Positions 36,430 through 52,600 of a DNA stretch of 64,000 bases are shown in pieces; within the stretch, counting starts at the first letter, position 1, and the number at the start of each line of letters is the position of its first letter. The stretch lies in contig JAUFOQ010000005.1 of assembly GCA_040285855.1 (NCBI GenBank), positions 186,001-250,000 of the forward strand, given 5' to 3'. The notes beneath the pieces were generated by a model, which had not been told where the DNA came from, did no database searches, and was given only the letters and a program-made list of their open reading frames with translations. Made by a program: the position numbers and the translations under genes. The DNA is from Eukaryota sp. GEM-RC1. Lineage: Eukaryota.

Positions 36430-39400
36430 TCCTTGGACCACGATGATACTGTCAGTATCATCTAATAAGAAAGACCAGGTTCTTAATAACTCAATTTAAA
36501 CTAGACTAAATCTATAAGATCAGTAAAGATAAGGCTCGTAAGTATACATAATTTAAAAACAACATTACCGATGAATACATTGTACTAAAAAATTTCAAAT
36601 TCAATGAGGTGTAGAAGTATATATCCTTTGGTTTGGATACATTGAATATTTCTACAATTTGTTAAAAACTGAAGCTAAAATGAAGTGCAATTGTTTTGAA
36701 GACTGTCTAAACTGACATCTGATCACATAACCGTGGCAGAACGTTTCAATCTCTGATGCTGACATGTGGACCCTTGCGAAATTCCGTCCATGGCATCCAG
36801 TCATCAGGAACCGTATGCCACCAAGTAAGCATTACTTGCTGAAGAACGTTCCACCTGGTATCAATCCTTCCCTAATCGAACAATTCTTAGGTGGGTTATA
36901 CAACAGGGATGCTGGAGACACGTACCGTTTCCCCTCAGAGAGTTCCTGGGATCCAAGACATGGTATCACCATTGAGCCCCTCGAACCCAAATTCAGCTCT
37001 GACGGCCTAACTGTTACGTATGAGTAAACTTCGTGGTATCAACACTGCCATAACAACCAGTCCCAGATCTACCACAACGTTGCTATTAGTACTAAATGGT
37101 TATCTCCTAACCACAAGTACTCCCATCTGCCAGTGTCTTCTTTCCGTGATGGCAATTCTAGGTGAGAAGCCCTAGATGTCGACTCTACTTGAATTATACC
37201 CTTCAACGGTATTGGTGGTTCCCAGAGAGTTCTCCCACTTGCAGCTGGTGCTCTAAGTGAGGTTGGAACTAAAACTCCTAACCAGGACGAGCTAAGCCGA
37301 ACTGAACGCCTTACTCCTGTAGCTCCTGGTGAGGTAGGACATCCTGAAGTCGTCGATAGATTTTCGATTGACACGTTTGGTTTCAGATCCAGAAATGACC
37401 AATCAACTGCCAAGTTCGACGAAGAGAAAGCTAGTACGCGCTATTTAGCCCGTATGGAGCATGAGAATGTGTACCGTAAAACCGCTTTTGCTCAAGGCCA
37501 CAACAATGCCGATTCCTCAGTAATCCACAAAGACGACCTGCTGAAAGCTAGAAAAGAACGTGCTGCTAGAGTAATTGCCGAAGCTAAACGCGAAGCGATT
37601 GGATGAAGAATATCAATCAAAATTGATAGCCGATCTGTCACCTTCCATTGAAGATCACATTGACCTAGCAAGCTTATCCTCTGAAGACGAACGTCCTGCT
37701 AACGTCCTTCATGATACTCCGATCCTGTCTACTGGTGTTACACCAAAGATTAAGAAGAAGTCCAAGAAAGATTCCAAGAAGAACCGTCCGTTTCTCAAAA
37801 ACGATGAACGACCTGAAGTAGTGTCCTTTTGCATGATTTCAGCCACTGGGCAGTGCACAAACGAAAACAGCCTGCTCACAAAAGTTTCGACACTTGGCTT
37901 AGTTACCCGCGAAATAAGTTTGATTTTGCTAGAACAGCCTTGTGTGAGGTGGACCCGGAAGGGGTAAGCGAATTCATCGATCAGACTACTCTCTCCACCT
38001 GGAGGATGATGGACACAATCACCGACAACGGGACTCATAGTACTGTTGCTCTTGAACAATCTATCTGGCGGTTGTTAGTGGAAAAGAGTCATAACTCTTC
38101 CACCACTGCAGCCTCGAATGCCTTAAGAGCTGTACGCTTAGGCAGAGCCAAAGATCCCCTGAATGCATCGAGAAGTTTCTCTGCAACATTTTCTTAGTGC
38201 TGAAGTGTTCCATGGCCATCCCATCTCTCTCAAGTGATTCTGCCCAAAGAGAGCATCTTCATGCTTCCACTGTCGCTGATGTGGTCTTATCCACGTTAAA
38301 CCCCAATTAAGATATTGTACCTCTGAATGAGCTACACGTTCGTTGGGACCAACAACTGAAGACGGATGATAGCCTCCTCCCTCAGTTCTGCAACGAAGTC
38401 AAAGGTATCTGGCTGACCTAGAAACGATCCACTGCTGTAGCTCCTTCGCCTGCCTCCCGAAATCTCCCTGCTAAAGGTAGACAAGACTTCCCCAGAAAAC
38501 GTGGCCTCCTTCCTAGAAACCATGGTCCCAGATTTAATAGACCTCAACAGTCTCAAGATGTTAAGTCCCCAATCAAATGTTTCAATTGCGGCATCCTGGT
38601 CATCTCTCGTCTGAATGCCGTCGTGGCAAATACAGTGCTCTGACCCCTAGAGACTCGAATGGAAAGTCCTTAAAACGTAGGTCAGGTGATAGTGATAGCA
38701 ATAGAGGTCGATCAAATCGTCCTAATAGTTTTAATAAATCCAATAACTATTTTGTTCAGATTTCAAAGTTACAAACTATACATTCTACAGCGACAAAGTA
38801 CATGAACCCATTGGCTGCTTTGAACACACATTCAAGCAAGGGTAGAAGTACATCATATGTTGAAACAATTCGGAGTCTCAACCAGAACTTAGGGATCGAG
38901 TCAAAGGATAACGGTTCCTTGTGTATTCGATTGTTGATTAACAATGTGCCAGTGACTGGTGAGTTTGATTCGGCAGCTTCGTGCTCAGTCATATCCCAAG
39001 ATTTGATTCGTCACTGTGAGATGACAACGATTGACAGTTGTATTGACTACATCTCTGCGAATAATATTCGTGCAACATCCTTAGGTAGTGTAGTAGGTGT
39101 TCTGACGTTCAACGTTGGCAGCCTAGCTAACCAGATTCATGTTAAGCATACTCTCGCCGTAGTACCTGGTACCAAAATTCTACTGATTGGCAGAGATTTG
39201 CAAGAAGAACTGGGGTTGCTAACGGATGATGGTCTAGTCATCAGATTAGATAAAGAGCATCGCACAATTCTCAATGCAGAGAGTGCATTCGATGGTAGAA
39301 TGAAATCACCATGCGAATCGATCAATAATGTTCAATCAAATTCCTCAACAATAAATAATATAAATATTGATCTGTACGGCAACACTCAAACTGACATCAG

Positions 39401-42400
39401 TTTATTTGAAGAGACCATTGACAACTCGGTTGTTCGATAGAATTGAATGATCCTAATAGAAGAAAGGAGCTTCTGAGTCTACTCAGTAAATATAAACAGG
39501 TGTTCTCTGAAGAGATACATCCAGATGGTATCGATTGTCCACCGATGACCATTCCCTTTTACGATGAATCTGTGACAGTATTTCGTCCTCCTAGAAGGCT
39601 TAACCCTGAAAAACAGCGTATAGCCGAAGAAATTTTTAACGAACTTATACGACAAGGATGGGATGTACCATCGACTGGCAAGTTCAGTCGTCCCATTGTG
39701 TTCGTTGTTTATAACGACCACAAAAAGAAGCCTCGTTTGACTGGTGACTTCAGTGGACCAGACGGGATTAACGCTAATACAGTGATGCGAAAAAATTAAT
39801 TTAATTATAATTAATTGAATTAATTCCCTGAGAATTAATCAATTTTAGTCGCTTAGAATTATAATTAATTAATTGTTTCACCTTAGAATTAAAATTAATT
39901 AACGCTAATTAGGAGAATTAATTATATAATTTCTTGTCAGCCACACTATGTCATCTTCCCCAATATTCAGCAAGAAGGCATTGTTCACTTTTACATGTGT
40001 CGGACCATGATCAACCAGTGCATATGAAAACCTTACAAATACATAGTTTGATAGTGTACAAGTGGCAACATTCAAACTTGGACTGCTAAAGATCATCGAA
40101 CGCGCGATATCGTCAAAAAAATGCTTAGTGTCTGAGATTCAAAACGTAAAACCCCACAACTGGCCAATAGAATTGACTGTTGGTTCAGTATAATTGTAAT
40201 AGCATCTAGGGTAACTATGAGAATCTTTCAGTTCTCTAACGAAGCAATTGTTCCGTCTCTAAAACACTGGTTGTCGGTACTTTGATGTACTCAAATCAAT
40301 TTTGAACAGAACTCTCATGAGACAACGGTACAGAATTCGAGTTCAGTACAATTGACTACAGATAAAAATGCTGATTGATAATATGTTGTCTGGTATCGTA
40401 TTGCTACTACAGAATTAATTGCAATTAATTGCAATTAATTAATTGTGGCACCGGAGAATTAAAATTAATTAATTGAGGGTGTCAAGAATTAATAATTTAA
40501 TTTAAATTAATGTATTCGCATCACTGCGCTAATACCAGACCGGTGAAACCAAACTTACCTCGGATCTGTGATGTTCTAGAGTTCCTTTCGAAAGCAAGTT
40601 TTATTGGAACACTCGACCTTCCTAAAGCATTCTGGCAGCTGAACGTAGCTGAGGACGATGTTGAGTAGACCAGTGTGTCTATGCCTGGAATGTTAATTAG
40701 CTTCAAACGAGCATGTTTTGGTTTGAAAAACGTACCAGCGATTTTCCAAAACATCATGATGGAAATATTCGATGTGGAAGGTGTATTCATTTATACAGAC
40801 GATATAATTGTAGTAGGTGACACGTTCGAACAGTTTATTTCAAGAATAAATCTAGTTCTGAAACGAGCAGAACGTTTTAGAGTACGGATTGGATTACGGA
40901 AGTAGGTTCACCACTTCTAAACATCCTAATAAGATTTTGGGCAGCAATTTTTGCAACAAAACCCGTAGCATTGATGAGAAGAGAGTTTCGGCTTTGATTG
41001 CGCTTCCAGCTCCTTCCAACATTTCCCGAGGTAAGAAGTTTACTTGGCGCTTTAAATTATGTTCGTGAATGGATTCCGAATTATTCAAATTTGACTGCTG
41101 CAATCAATGAACTCACTCGTGGAAAACCAAAGAAGATTCTTTGGACTAAAGACCATGATGCTTTACTCGCACAACTCAAGTCCGAGATACTAAACCACAT
41201 GGCATTGAACTTACCTGATACTGATAAGAATATCATCATATCAACTGATGCATCCGACATTGCTGTTGGTGGTGTGATCTGGCAGGAAGAAAATCCCCCA
41301 GCTCCTCCTGGTACTCCGTTAGAAGAACGTAGAGTCAGACCTGTGTCTTTTTATAGCCGTTTACTCAATGATGGTCAACAGAATTGGGCAACTATCCAGA
41401 AAGAGTTGTATGCCATTCTCTTGATTCTGACCGAATCTAGTTTAGAAGGTTTCCTGTTAAGTAGACACTTGACGATCTTCACTGATCATAGGAACCTTGC
41501 CTATCTAATATCAGCTCCAGAGAAGAATCGCATTGTGAAACGATGGATTCCCATTTTACCTGAGTTTGATTTTGAGATTGTGCACAAACAATCACTGGGC
41601 TGACATTTTGTCACGCGTCATTGACCGACGTCCAGTTGAATCAATCAAATCTTTGATGATCTCAAATCTGTCCATCAAAAATGATATAACCCTTTCTCAC
41701 GAAGGCTTACGCTATGATGATGCAGATTATTTTGAGATGCTCCCACGTAACACCAACGTGCTAGCTATCAAGTGTCTTCGTGACCTCTCATCCGACAATA
41801 CAATTCCTTTATTTGATTCTTGGCTATCAACCATCAGGTTGGAACAACGTAAAGCAATAGAACAAGGAGATCATCTGTTCACTGATGCGACTTTGTGTAC
41901 AACGAGCAACGTTTACATAAACTCTAAGAACAAGATATTGATACCATCCAGTTTGGTAAAGAAGGTTCTTTACATGCTGCATGGATTAGTCTAGTCAGGA
42001 CATTGAAACAAGAAACAAAGTTTGGACACACTGTGCAATAGTGGTTACGTTTGGCCAAGTATGAAAGCTGACATGAAGAAACATGTTGAGCAATGCCCCT
42101 CGTGTCAGAAAACGGCACCTGTTTCCAAAAAGATTATTGAATCGACGGGTTCCTTATGGGCTGATAGACCTTTTGCTAGACTCAACGTCGACGCAATTGG
42201 TCGACTTCCAAAAGATCAGAGTGGAAACCAATACCTATTAGTGTTTGTAGATTCTTTCACCAGATACACCATTCTGAGCCCCCCTCGAAGAACTCAACAG
42301 TAAAGAAGTAGCATATTGTCTTGTGTGGGATGTACTTGCTATCTTCGCAATACCGTTGTGTATCCACAGTAATAATGGTACGGAGTTTGCCAATGCTATT

Positions 42401-43015
42401 TTCGAGGCAGTTTGTAACCTACTGGCGATTGAAGTAAGTCGTTCGATTCCTCATTTCTCGCAGAGTAATGGGCTGGTGGAACGACGTCACAGAGACGTTC
42501 TGCAGAACCTACGTCGTCTCTTTGTGGACTTCAATGATTACGACAATTGGTCAACGTACATTCCAACTGTACAGTTGCAAATCAACGCAACGAAGAGCTC
42601 TGTTACTGGGCATACTCCCTACGAATTGATGTTTGGTAGCGATTTAAGTTCTGGTGCAGATCCTAGTGGTTCATTAGATGCTGTTGAGAAATCAACAAAG
42701 AATGTTCCGTTTATTGACGACATTAAAATGAAACTAGATCGACTAACAAAAAGAGAGAAGATGCAGAGATTCGACAATCGTCAGTCAAGCCCAAGAAGAA
42801 TTCTGAGTCTAGTCAATCATTTAAGATTGGAGATCTTGTCTTGAAAGTCTCAATAACTAGTAAGCTCCACGGTAATTACTCTGGGCCTTTTCTAGTGGTA
42901 TCAATCGATTCGAAGTCGTCAATGTCTTTGAAGAATCTGATCACTGGTCATGTTAGTAATACTAGCATGCATCAATGCAAGATCTTTCAATCAGATCTTC
43001 CAGCTGATCATGACA
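36430..43015 (+). repeat. Array unit 3 (6586 bp), degenerate gag-pol
   Basis: Same junction; extra private indels in RT and IN. Confidence 0.9.
39780..40526. mobile_element. hAT MITE copy (unit 3)
   Basis: Same TIR and TSD. Confidence 0.95.
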
Positions 43016-46000
43016 TCCTTGGACCACGATGATACTGTCAGTATCATCTAATAAGAAAGACCAGGTTCTTAATAACTCAATTTAAACTAGACTGAATCTA
43101 TAAGATCAGTAAAGATAAGGCTCGTAAGTATACATAATTTAAAAACAACATTACCGATGAATACATTGTACTAAAAAATTTCAAATTCAATGAGGTGTAG
43201 AAGTATATATCCTTTGGTTTGGATACATTCAATATTTCTACAATTTGTTAAAAACTGAAGCTAAAATGAAGTGCAATTGTTTTGAAGACTGTCTAAACTG
43301 ACATCTGATCACATAACCGTGGCAGAACGTTTCAATCTCTGATGCTGACATGTGGACCCTTGCGAAATTCCGTCCATGGCATCCAGTCATCAGGAACCGT
43401 ATGCCACCAAGTAAGCATTACTTGCTGAAGAACGTTCCACCTGGTATCAATCCTTCCCTAATCGAACAATTCTTAGGTGGGTTATACAACAGGGATGCTG
43501 GAGACACGTACCGTTTCCCCTCAGAGAGTTCCTGGGATCCAAGACATGGTATCACCATTGAGCCCCTCGAACCCAAATTCAGCTCTGACGGCCTAACTGT
43601 TACGTATGAGTAAACTTCGTGGTATCAACACTGCCATAACAACCAGTCCCAGATCTACCACAACGTTGCTATTAGTACTAAATGGTTATCTCCTAACCAC
43701 AAGTACTCCCATTTGCCAGTGTCTTCTTTCCGTGATGGCAATTCTAGGTGAGAAGCCCTAGATGTCGACTCTACTTGAATTATACCCTTCAACGGTATTG
43801 GTGGTTCCCAGAGAGTTCTCCCACTTGCAGCTGGTGCTCTAAGTGAGGTTGGAACTAAAACTCCTAACCAGGACGAGCTAAGCCGAACTGAACGCCTTAC
43901 TCCTGTAGCTCCTGGTGAGGTAGGACATCCTGAAGTCGTCGATAGATTTTCGATTGACACGTTTGGTTTCAGATCCAGAAATGACCAATCAACTGCCAAG
44001 TTCGACGAAGAGAAAGCTAGTACGCGCTATTTAGCCCGTATGGAGCATGAGAATGTGTACCGTAAAACCGCTTTTGCTCAAGGCCACAACAATGCCGATT
44101 CCTCAGTAATCCACAAAGACGACCTGCTGAAAGCTAGAAAAGAACGTGCTGCTAGAGTAATTGCCGAAGCTAAACGCGAAGCGATTGGATGAAGAATATC
44201 AATCAAAATTGATAGCCGATCTGTCACCTTCCATTGAAGATCACATTGACCTATCAAGCTTATCCTCTGAAGACGAACGTCCTGCTAACGTCCTTCATGA
44301 TACTCCGATCCTGTCTACTGGTGTTACACCAAAGATTAAGAAGAAGTCCAAGAAAGATTCCAAGAAGAACCGTCCGTTTCTCAAAAACGATGAACGACCT
44401 GAAGTAGTGTCCTTTTGCATGATTTCAGCCACTGGGCAGTGCACAAACGAAAACAGCCTGCTCACAAAAGTTTCGACACTTGGCTTAGTTACCCGCGAAA
44501 TAAGTTTGATTTTGCTAGAACAGCCTTGTGTGAGGTGGACCCGGAAGGGGTAAGCGAATTCATCGATCAGACTACTCTCTCCACCTGGAGGATGATGGAC
44601 ACAATCACCGACAACGGGACTCATAGTACTGTTGCTCTTGAACAATCTATCTGGCGGTTGTTAGTGGAAAAGAGTCAATACTCTTCCACCACTGCAGCCT
44701 CGAATGCCTTAAGAGCTGTACGCTTAGGCAGAGCCAAAGATCCCCTGAATGCATCGAGAAGTTTCTCTGCAACATTTTCTTAGTGCTGAAGTGTTCCATG
44801 GCCATCCCATCTCTCTCAAGTGATTCTGCCCAAAGAGAGCATCTTCATGCTTCCACTGTCGCTGATGTGGTCTTATCCACGTTAAACCCCAATTAAGATA
44901 TTGTACCTCTGAATGAGCTACACGTTCGTTGGGACCAACAACTGAAGACGGATGATAGCCTCCTCCCTCAGTTCTGCAACGAAGTCAAAGGTATCTGGCT
45001 GACCTAGAAACGATCCACTGCTGTAGCTCCTTCGCCTGCCTCCCGAAATCTCCCCTGCTAAAAGTAGACAAGACTTCCCCAGAAAACGTGGCCTCCTTCC
45101 TAGAAACCATGGTCCCAGATTTAATAGACCTCAACAGTCTCAAGATGTTAAGTCCCCAATCAAATGTTTCAATTGCGGCATCCTGGTCATCTCTCGTCTG
45201 AATGCCGTCGTGGCAAATACAGTGCTCTGACCCCTAGAGACTCGAATGGAAAGTCCTTAAAACGTAGGTCAGGTGATAGTGATAGCAATAGAGGTCGATA
45301 AAATCGTCCTAATAGTTTTAATAAATCCAATAACTATTTTGTTCAGATTTCAAAGTTACAAACTATACATTCTACACCGACAAAGTACATGAACCCATTG
45401 GCTGCTTTGAACACACATTCAAGCAAGGGTAGAAGTACATCATATGTTGAAACAATTCGGAGTCTCAACCAGAACTTAGGGATCGAGTCAAAGGATAACG
45501 GTTCCTTGTGTATTCGATTGTTGATTAACAATGTGCCAGTGACTGGTGAGTTTGATTCGGCAGCTTCGTGCTCAGTCATATCCCAAGATTTGATTCGTCA
45601 CTGTGAGATGACAACGATTGACAGTTGTATTGACTACATCTCTGCGAATAATATTCGTGCAACATCCTTAGGTAGTGTAGTAGGTGTTCTGACGTTCAAC
45701 GTTGGCAGCCTAGCTAACCAGATTCATGTTAAGCATACTCTCGCCGTAGTACCTGGTACCAAAATTCTACTGATTGGCAGAGATTTGCAAGAAGAACTGG
45801 GGTTGCTAACGGATGATGGTCTAGTCATCAGATTAGATAAAGAGCATCGCACAATTCTCAATGCAGAGAGTGCATTCGATGGTAGAATGAAATCACCATG
45901 CGAATCGATCAATAATGTTCAATCAAATTCCTCAACAATAAATAATTTAAATATTGATCTGTACGGCAACACTCAAACTGACATCAGTTTATTTGAAGAG

Positions 46001-49000
46001 ACCATTGACAACTCGGTTGTTCGATAGAATTGAATGATCCTAATAGAAGAAAGGAGCTTCTGAGTCTACTCAGTAAATATAAACAGGTGTTCTCTGAAGA
46101 GATACATCCAGATGGTATCGATTGTCCACCGATGACCATTCCCTTTTACGATGAATCTGTGACAGTATTTCGTCCTCCTAGAAGGCTTAACCCTGAAAAA
46201 CAGCGTATAGCCGAAGAAATTTTTAACGAACTTATACGACAAGGATGGGATGTACCATCGACTGGCAAGTTCAGTCGTCCCATTGTGTTCGTTGTTTATA
46301 ACGACCACAAAAAGAAGCCTCGTTTGACTGGTGACTTCAGTGGACCAGACGGGATTAACGCTAATACAGTGATGCGAAAAAATTAATTTAATTATAATTA
46401 ATTGAATTAATTCCCTGAGAATTAATTAATTTTAGTCGCTTAGAATTATAATTAATTAATTGTTTCACCTTAGAATTAAAATTAATTAACGCTAATTAGG
46501 AGAATTAATTATATAATTTCTTGTCAGCCACACTATGTCATCTTCCCCAATATTCAGCAAGAAGGCATTGTTCACTTTTACATGTGTCGGACCATGATCA
46601 ACCAGTGCATATGAAAACCTTACAAATACATAGTTTGATAGTGTACAAGTGGCAACATTCAAACTTGGACTGCTAAAGATCAGCGAACGCGCGATATCGT
46701 CAAAAAAATGCTTAGTGTCTGAGATTCAAAACGTAAAACCCCACAACTGGCCAATAGAATTGACTGTTGGTTCAGTATAATCGTAATAGCATCTAGGGTA
46801 ACTATGAGAATCTTTCAGTTCTCTAACGAAGCAATTGTTCCGTCTCTAAAACACTGGTTGTCGGTACTTTGATGTACTCAAATCAATTTTGAACAGAACT
46901 CTCATGAGACAACGGTACAGAATTCGAGTTCAGTACAATTAACTACAGATAAAAATGCTGATTGATAATATGTTGTCTGGTATCGTATTGCTACTACAGA
47001 ATTAATTGCAATTAATTGCAATTAATTAATTGTGGCACCGGAGAATTAAAATTAATTAATTGAGGGTGTCAAGAATTAATAATTTAATTTAAATTAATGT
47101 ATTCGCATCACTGCGCTAATACCAGACCGGTGAAACCAAACTTACCTCGGATCTGTGATGTTCTAGAGTTCCTTTCGAAAGCAAGTTTTATTGGAACACT
47201 CGACCTTCCTAAAGCATTCTGGCAGCTGAACGTAGCTGAGGACGATGTTGAGTAGACCAGTGTGTCTATGCCTGGAATGTTAATTAGCTTCAAACGAGCA
47301 TGTTTTGGTTTGAAAAACGTACCAGCGATTTTCCAAAACATCATGATGGAAATATTCGATGTGGAAGGTGTATTCATTTATACAGACGATATAATTGTAG
47401 TAGGTGACACGTTCGAACAGTTTATTTCAAGAATAAATCTAGTTCTGAAACGAGCAGAACGTTTTAGAGTACGGATTGGATTACGGAAGTGTAGGTTCAC
47501 CACTTCTAAACATCCTAATAAGATTTTGGGCAGCAATTTTTGCAACAAAACCCGTAGCATTGATGAGAAGAGAGTTTCGGCTTTGATTGCGCTTCCAGCT
47601 CCTTCAACATTTCCCGAGGTAAGAAGTTTACTTGGCGCTTTAAATTATGTTCGTGAATGGATTCCGAATTATTCAAATTTGACTGCTGCAAACAATGAAC
47701 TCACTCGTGGAAAACCAAAGAAGATTCTTTGGACTAAAGACCATGATGCTTTACTCGCACAACTCAAGTCCGAGATACTAAACCACATGGCATTGAACTT
47801 ACCTGATACTGATAAGAATATCATCATATCAACTGATGCATCCGACATTGCTGTTGGTGGTGTGATCTGGCAGGAAGAAAATCCCCCAGCTCCTCCTGGT
47901 ACTCCGTTAGAAGAACGTAGAGTCAGACCTGTGTCTTTTTATAGCCGTTTACTCAATGATGGTCAACAGAATTGGGCAACTATCCAGAAAGAGTTGTATG
48001 CCATTCTCTTGATTCTGACCGAATCTAGTTTAGAAGGTTTCCTGTTAAGTAGACACTTGACGATCTTCACTGATCATAGGAACCTTGCCTATCTAATATC
48101 AGCTCCAGAGAAGAATCGCATTGTGAAACGATGGATTCCCATTTTACCTGAGTTTGATTTTGAGATTGTGCACAAACAATCACTGGGCTGACATTTTGTC
48201 ACGCGTCATTGACCGACGTCCAGTTGAATCAATCAAATCTTTGATGATCTCAAATCTGTCCATCAAAAATGATATAACCCTTTCCCACGAAGGCTTACGC
48301 TATGATGATGCAGATTATTTTGAGATGCTCCCACGTAACACCAACGTGCTAGCTATCAAGTGTCTTCGTGACCTCTCATCCGACAATACAATTCCTTTAT
48401 TTGATTCTTGGCTATCAACCATCAGGTTGGAACAACGTAAAGCGATAGAACAAGGAGATCATCTGTTCACTGATGCGACTTTGTGTACAACGAGCAACGT
48501 TTACATAAACTCTAAGAACAAGATATTGATACCATCCAGTTTGGTTAAGAAGGTTCTTTACATGCTGCATGGATTAGTCTAGTCAGGACATTGAAACAAG
48601 AAACAAAGTTTGGACACACTGTGCAATAGTGGTTACTTTTGGCCAAGTATGAAAGCTGACAGGAAGAAACATGTTGAGCAATGCCCCTCGTGTCAGAAAA
48701 CGGCACCTGTTCCCAAAAAGATTATTGAATCGACGGGTTCCTTATGGGCTGATAGACCTTTTGCTAGACTCAACGTCGACGCAATTGGTCGACTTCCAAA
48801 AGATCAGAGTGGAAACCAATACCTATTAGTGTTTGTAGATTCTTTCACCAGATACACCATTCTGAGCCCCCTCGAAGAACTCAACAGTAAAGAAGTAGCA
48901 TATTGTCTTGTGTGGGATGTACTTGCTATCTTCGCAATACCGTTGTGTATCCACAGTAATAATGGTACGGAGTTTGCCAATGCTATTTTCGAGGCAGTTT

Positions 49001-49602
49001 GTAACCTACTGGCGATTGAAGTAAGTCGTTCGATTCCTCATTTCTCGCAGAGTAATGGGCTGGTGGAACGACGTCACAGAGACGTTCTGCAGAAACTACG
49101 TCGTCTCTTTGTGGACTTCAATGATTACGACAATTGGTCAACGTACATTCCAACTGTACAGTTGCAAATCAACGCAACGAAGAGCTCTGTTACTGGGCAT
49201 ACTCCCTACGAATTGATGTTTGGTAGCGATTTAAGTCCTGGTGCAGATCCTAGTGGTTCATTAGATGCTGTTGAGAAATCAACAAAGAATGTTCCGTTTA
49301 TTGACGACATTAAAATGAAACTAGATCGACTAACAAAAAGAGAGAAGGTGCAGAGATTCGACAATCGTCAGTCAAGCCCAAGAAGAATTCTGAGTCTAGT
49401 CAATCATTTAAGATTGGAGATCTTGTCTTGAAAGTCTCAATAACTAGTAAGCTCCACGGTAATTACTCTGGGCCTTTTCTAGTGGTATCAATCGATTCGA
49501 AGTCGTCAATGTCTTTGAAGAATCTGATCACTGGTCATGTTAGTAAGACTAGCATGCATCAATGCAAGATCTTTCAATCAGATCTTCCAGCTGATCATGA
49601 CA
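43016..49602 (+). repeat. Array unit 4 (6587 bp), degenerate gag-pol
   Basis: Same junction and ORF pattern. Confidence 0.9.
46367..47113. mobile_element. hAT MITE copy (unit 4)
   Basis: Same TIR and TSD. Confidence 0.95.
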
Positions 49603-52600
49603 TCCTTGGACCACGATGATACTGTCAGTATCATCTAATAAGAAAAGACCAGGTTCTTAATAACTCAATTTAAACTAGACTAAATCTATAAGATCAGTAA
49701 AGATAAGGCTCGTAAGTATACATAATTTAAAAACAACATTACCGATGAATACATTGTACTAAAAATTTCAAATTCAATGAGGTGTAGAAGTATATATCCT
49801 TTGGTTTGGATACATTGAATATTTCTACAATTTGTTAAAAACTGAAGCTAAAATGAAGTGCAATTGTTTTGAAGACTGTCTAAACTGACATCTGATCACA
49901 TAACCGTGGCAGAACGTTTCAATCTCTGATGCTGACATGTGGACCCTTGCGAAATTCCGTCCATGGCATCCAGTCATCAGGAACCGTATGCCACCAAGTA
50001 AGCATTACTTGCTGAAGAACGTTCCACCTGGTATCAATCCTTCCCTAATCGAACAATTCTTAGGTGGGTTATACAACAGGGATGCTGGAGACACGTACCG
50101 TTTCCCCTCAGAGAGTTCCTGGGATCCAAGACATGGTATCACCATTGAGCCCCTCGAACCCAAATTCAGCTCTGACGGCCTAACTGTTACGTATGAGTAA
50201 ACTTCGTGGTATCAACACTGCCATAACAACCAGTCCCAGATCTACCACAACGTTGCTATTAGTACTAAATGGTTATCTCCTAACCACAAGTACTCCCATC
50301 TGCCAGTGTCTTCTTTCCGTGATGGCAATTCTAGGTGAGAAGCCCTAGATGTCGACTCTACTTGAATTATACCCTTCAACGGTATTGGTGGTTCCCAGAG
50401 AGTTCTCCCACTTGCAGCTGGTGCTCTAAGTGAGGTTGGAACTAAAACTCCTAACCAGGACGAGCTAAGCCGAACTGAACGCCTTACTCCTGTAGCTCCT
50501 GGTGAGGTAGGACATCCTGAAGTCGTCGATAGATTTTCGATTGACACGTTTGGTTTCAGATCCAGAAATGACCAATCAACTGCCAAGTTCGACGAAGAGA
50601 AAGCTAGTACGCGCTATTTAGCCCGTATGGAGCATGAGAATGTGTACCGTAAAACCGCTTTTGCTCAAGGCCACAACAATGCCGATTCCTCAGTAATCCA
50701 CAAAGACGACCTGCTGAAAGCTAGAAAAGAACGTGCTGCTAGAGTAATTGCCGAAGCTAAACGCGAAGCGATTGGATGAAGAATATCAATCAAAATTGAT
50801 AGCCGATCTGTCACCTTCCATTGAAGATCACATTGACCTAGCAAGCTTATCCTCTGAAGACGAACGTCCTGCTAACGTCCTTCATGATACTCCGATCCTG
50901 TCTACTGGTGTTACACCAAAGATTAAGAAGAAGTCCAAGAAAGATTCCAAGAAGAACCGTCCGTTTCTCAAAAACGATGAACGACCTGAAGTAGTGTCCT
51001 TTTGCATGATTTCAGCCACTGGGCAGTGCACAAACGAAAACAGCCTGCTCACAAAAGTTTCGACACTTGGCTTAGTTACCCGCGAAATAAGTTTGATTTT
51101 GCTAGAACAGCCTTGTGTGAGGTGGACCCGGAAGGGGTAAGCGAATTCATCGATCAGACTACTCTCTCCACCTGGAGGATGATGGACACAATCACCGACA
51201 ACGGGACTCATAGTACTGTTGCTCTTGAACAATCTATCTGGCGGTTGTTAGTGGAAAGAGTCATAACTCTTCCACCACTGCAGCCTCGAATGCCTTAAGA
51301 GCTGTACGCTTAGGCAGAGCCAAAGATCCCCTGAATGCATCGAGAAGTTTCTCTGCAACATTTTCTTAGTGCTGAAGTGTTCCATGGCCATCCCATCTCT
51401 CTCAAGTGATTCTGCCCAAAGAGAGCATCTTCATGCTTCCACTGTCGCTGATGTGGTCTTATCCACGTTAAACCCCAATTAAGATATTGTACCTCTGAAT
51501 GAGCTACACGTTCGTTGGGACCAACAACTGAAGACGGATGATAGCCTCCTCCCTCAGTTCTGCAACGAAGTCAAAGGTATCTGGCTGACCTAGAAACGAT
51601 CCACTGCTGTAGCTCCTTCGCCTGCCTCCCGAAATCTCCCTGCTAAAGGTAGACAAGACTTCCCCAGAAAACGTGGCCTCCTTCCTAGAAACCATGGTCC
51701 CAGATTTAATAGACCTCAACAGTCTCAAGATGTTAAGTCCCCAATCAAATGTTTCAATTGCGGCATCCTGGTCATCTCTCGTCTGAATGCCGTCGTGGCA
51801 AATACAGTGCTCTGACCCCTAGAGACTCGAATGGAAAGTCCTTAAAACGTAGGTCAGGTGATAGTGATAGCAATAGAGGTCGATCAAATCGTCCTAATAG
51901 TTTTAATAAATCCAATAACTATTTTGTTCAGATTTCAAAGTTACAAACTATACATTCTACACCGACAAAGTACATGAACCCATTGGCTGCTTTGAACACA
52001 CATTCAAGCAAGGGTAGAAGTACATCATATGTTGAAACAATTCGGAGTCTCAACCAGAACTTAGGGATCGAGTCAAAGGATAACGGTTCCTTGTGTATTC
52101 GATTGTTGATTAACAATGTGCCAGTGACTGGTGAGTTTGATTCGGCAGCTTCGTGCTCAGTCATATCCCAAGATTTGATTCGTCACTGTGAGATGACAAC
52201 GATTGACAGTTGTATTGACTACATCTCTGCGAATAATATTCGTGCAACATCCTTAGGTAGTGTAGTAGGTGTTCTGACGTTCAACGTTGGCAGCCTAGCT
52301 AACCAGATTCATGTTAAGCATACTCTCGCCGTAGTACCTGGTACCAAAATTCTACTGATTGGCAGAGATTTGCAAGAAGAACTGGGGTTGCTAACGGATG
52401 ATGGTCTAGTCATCAGATTAGATAAAGAGCATCGCACAATTCTCAATGCAGAGAGTGCATTCGATGGTAGAATGAAATCACCATGCGAATCGATCAATAA
52501 TGTTCAATCAAATTCCTCAACAATAAATAATATAAATATTGATCTGTACGGCAACACTCAAACTGACATCAGTTTATTTGAAGAGACCATTGACAACTCG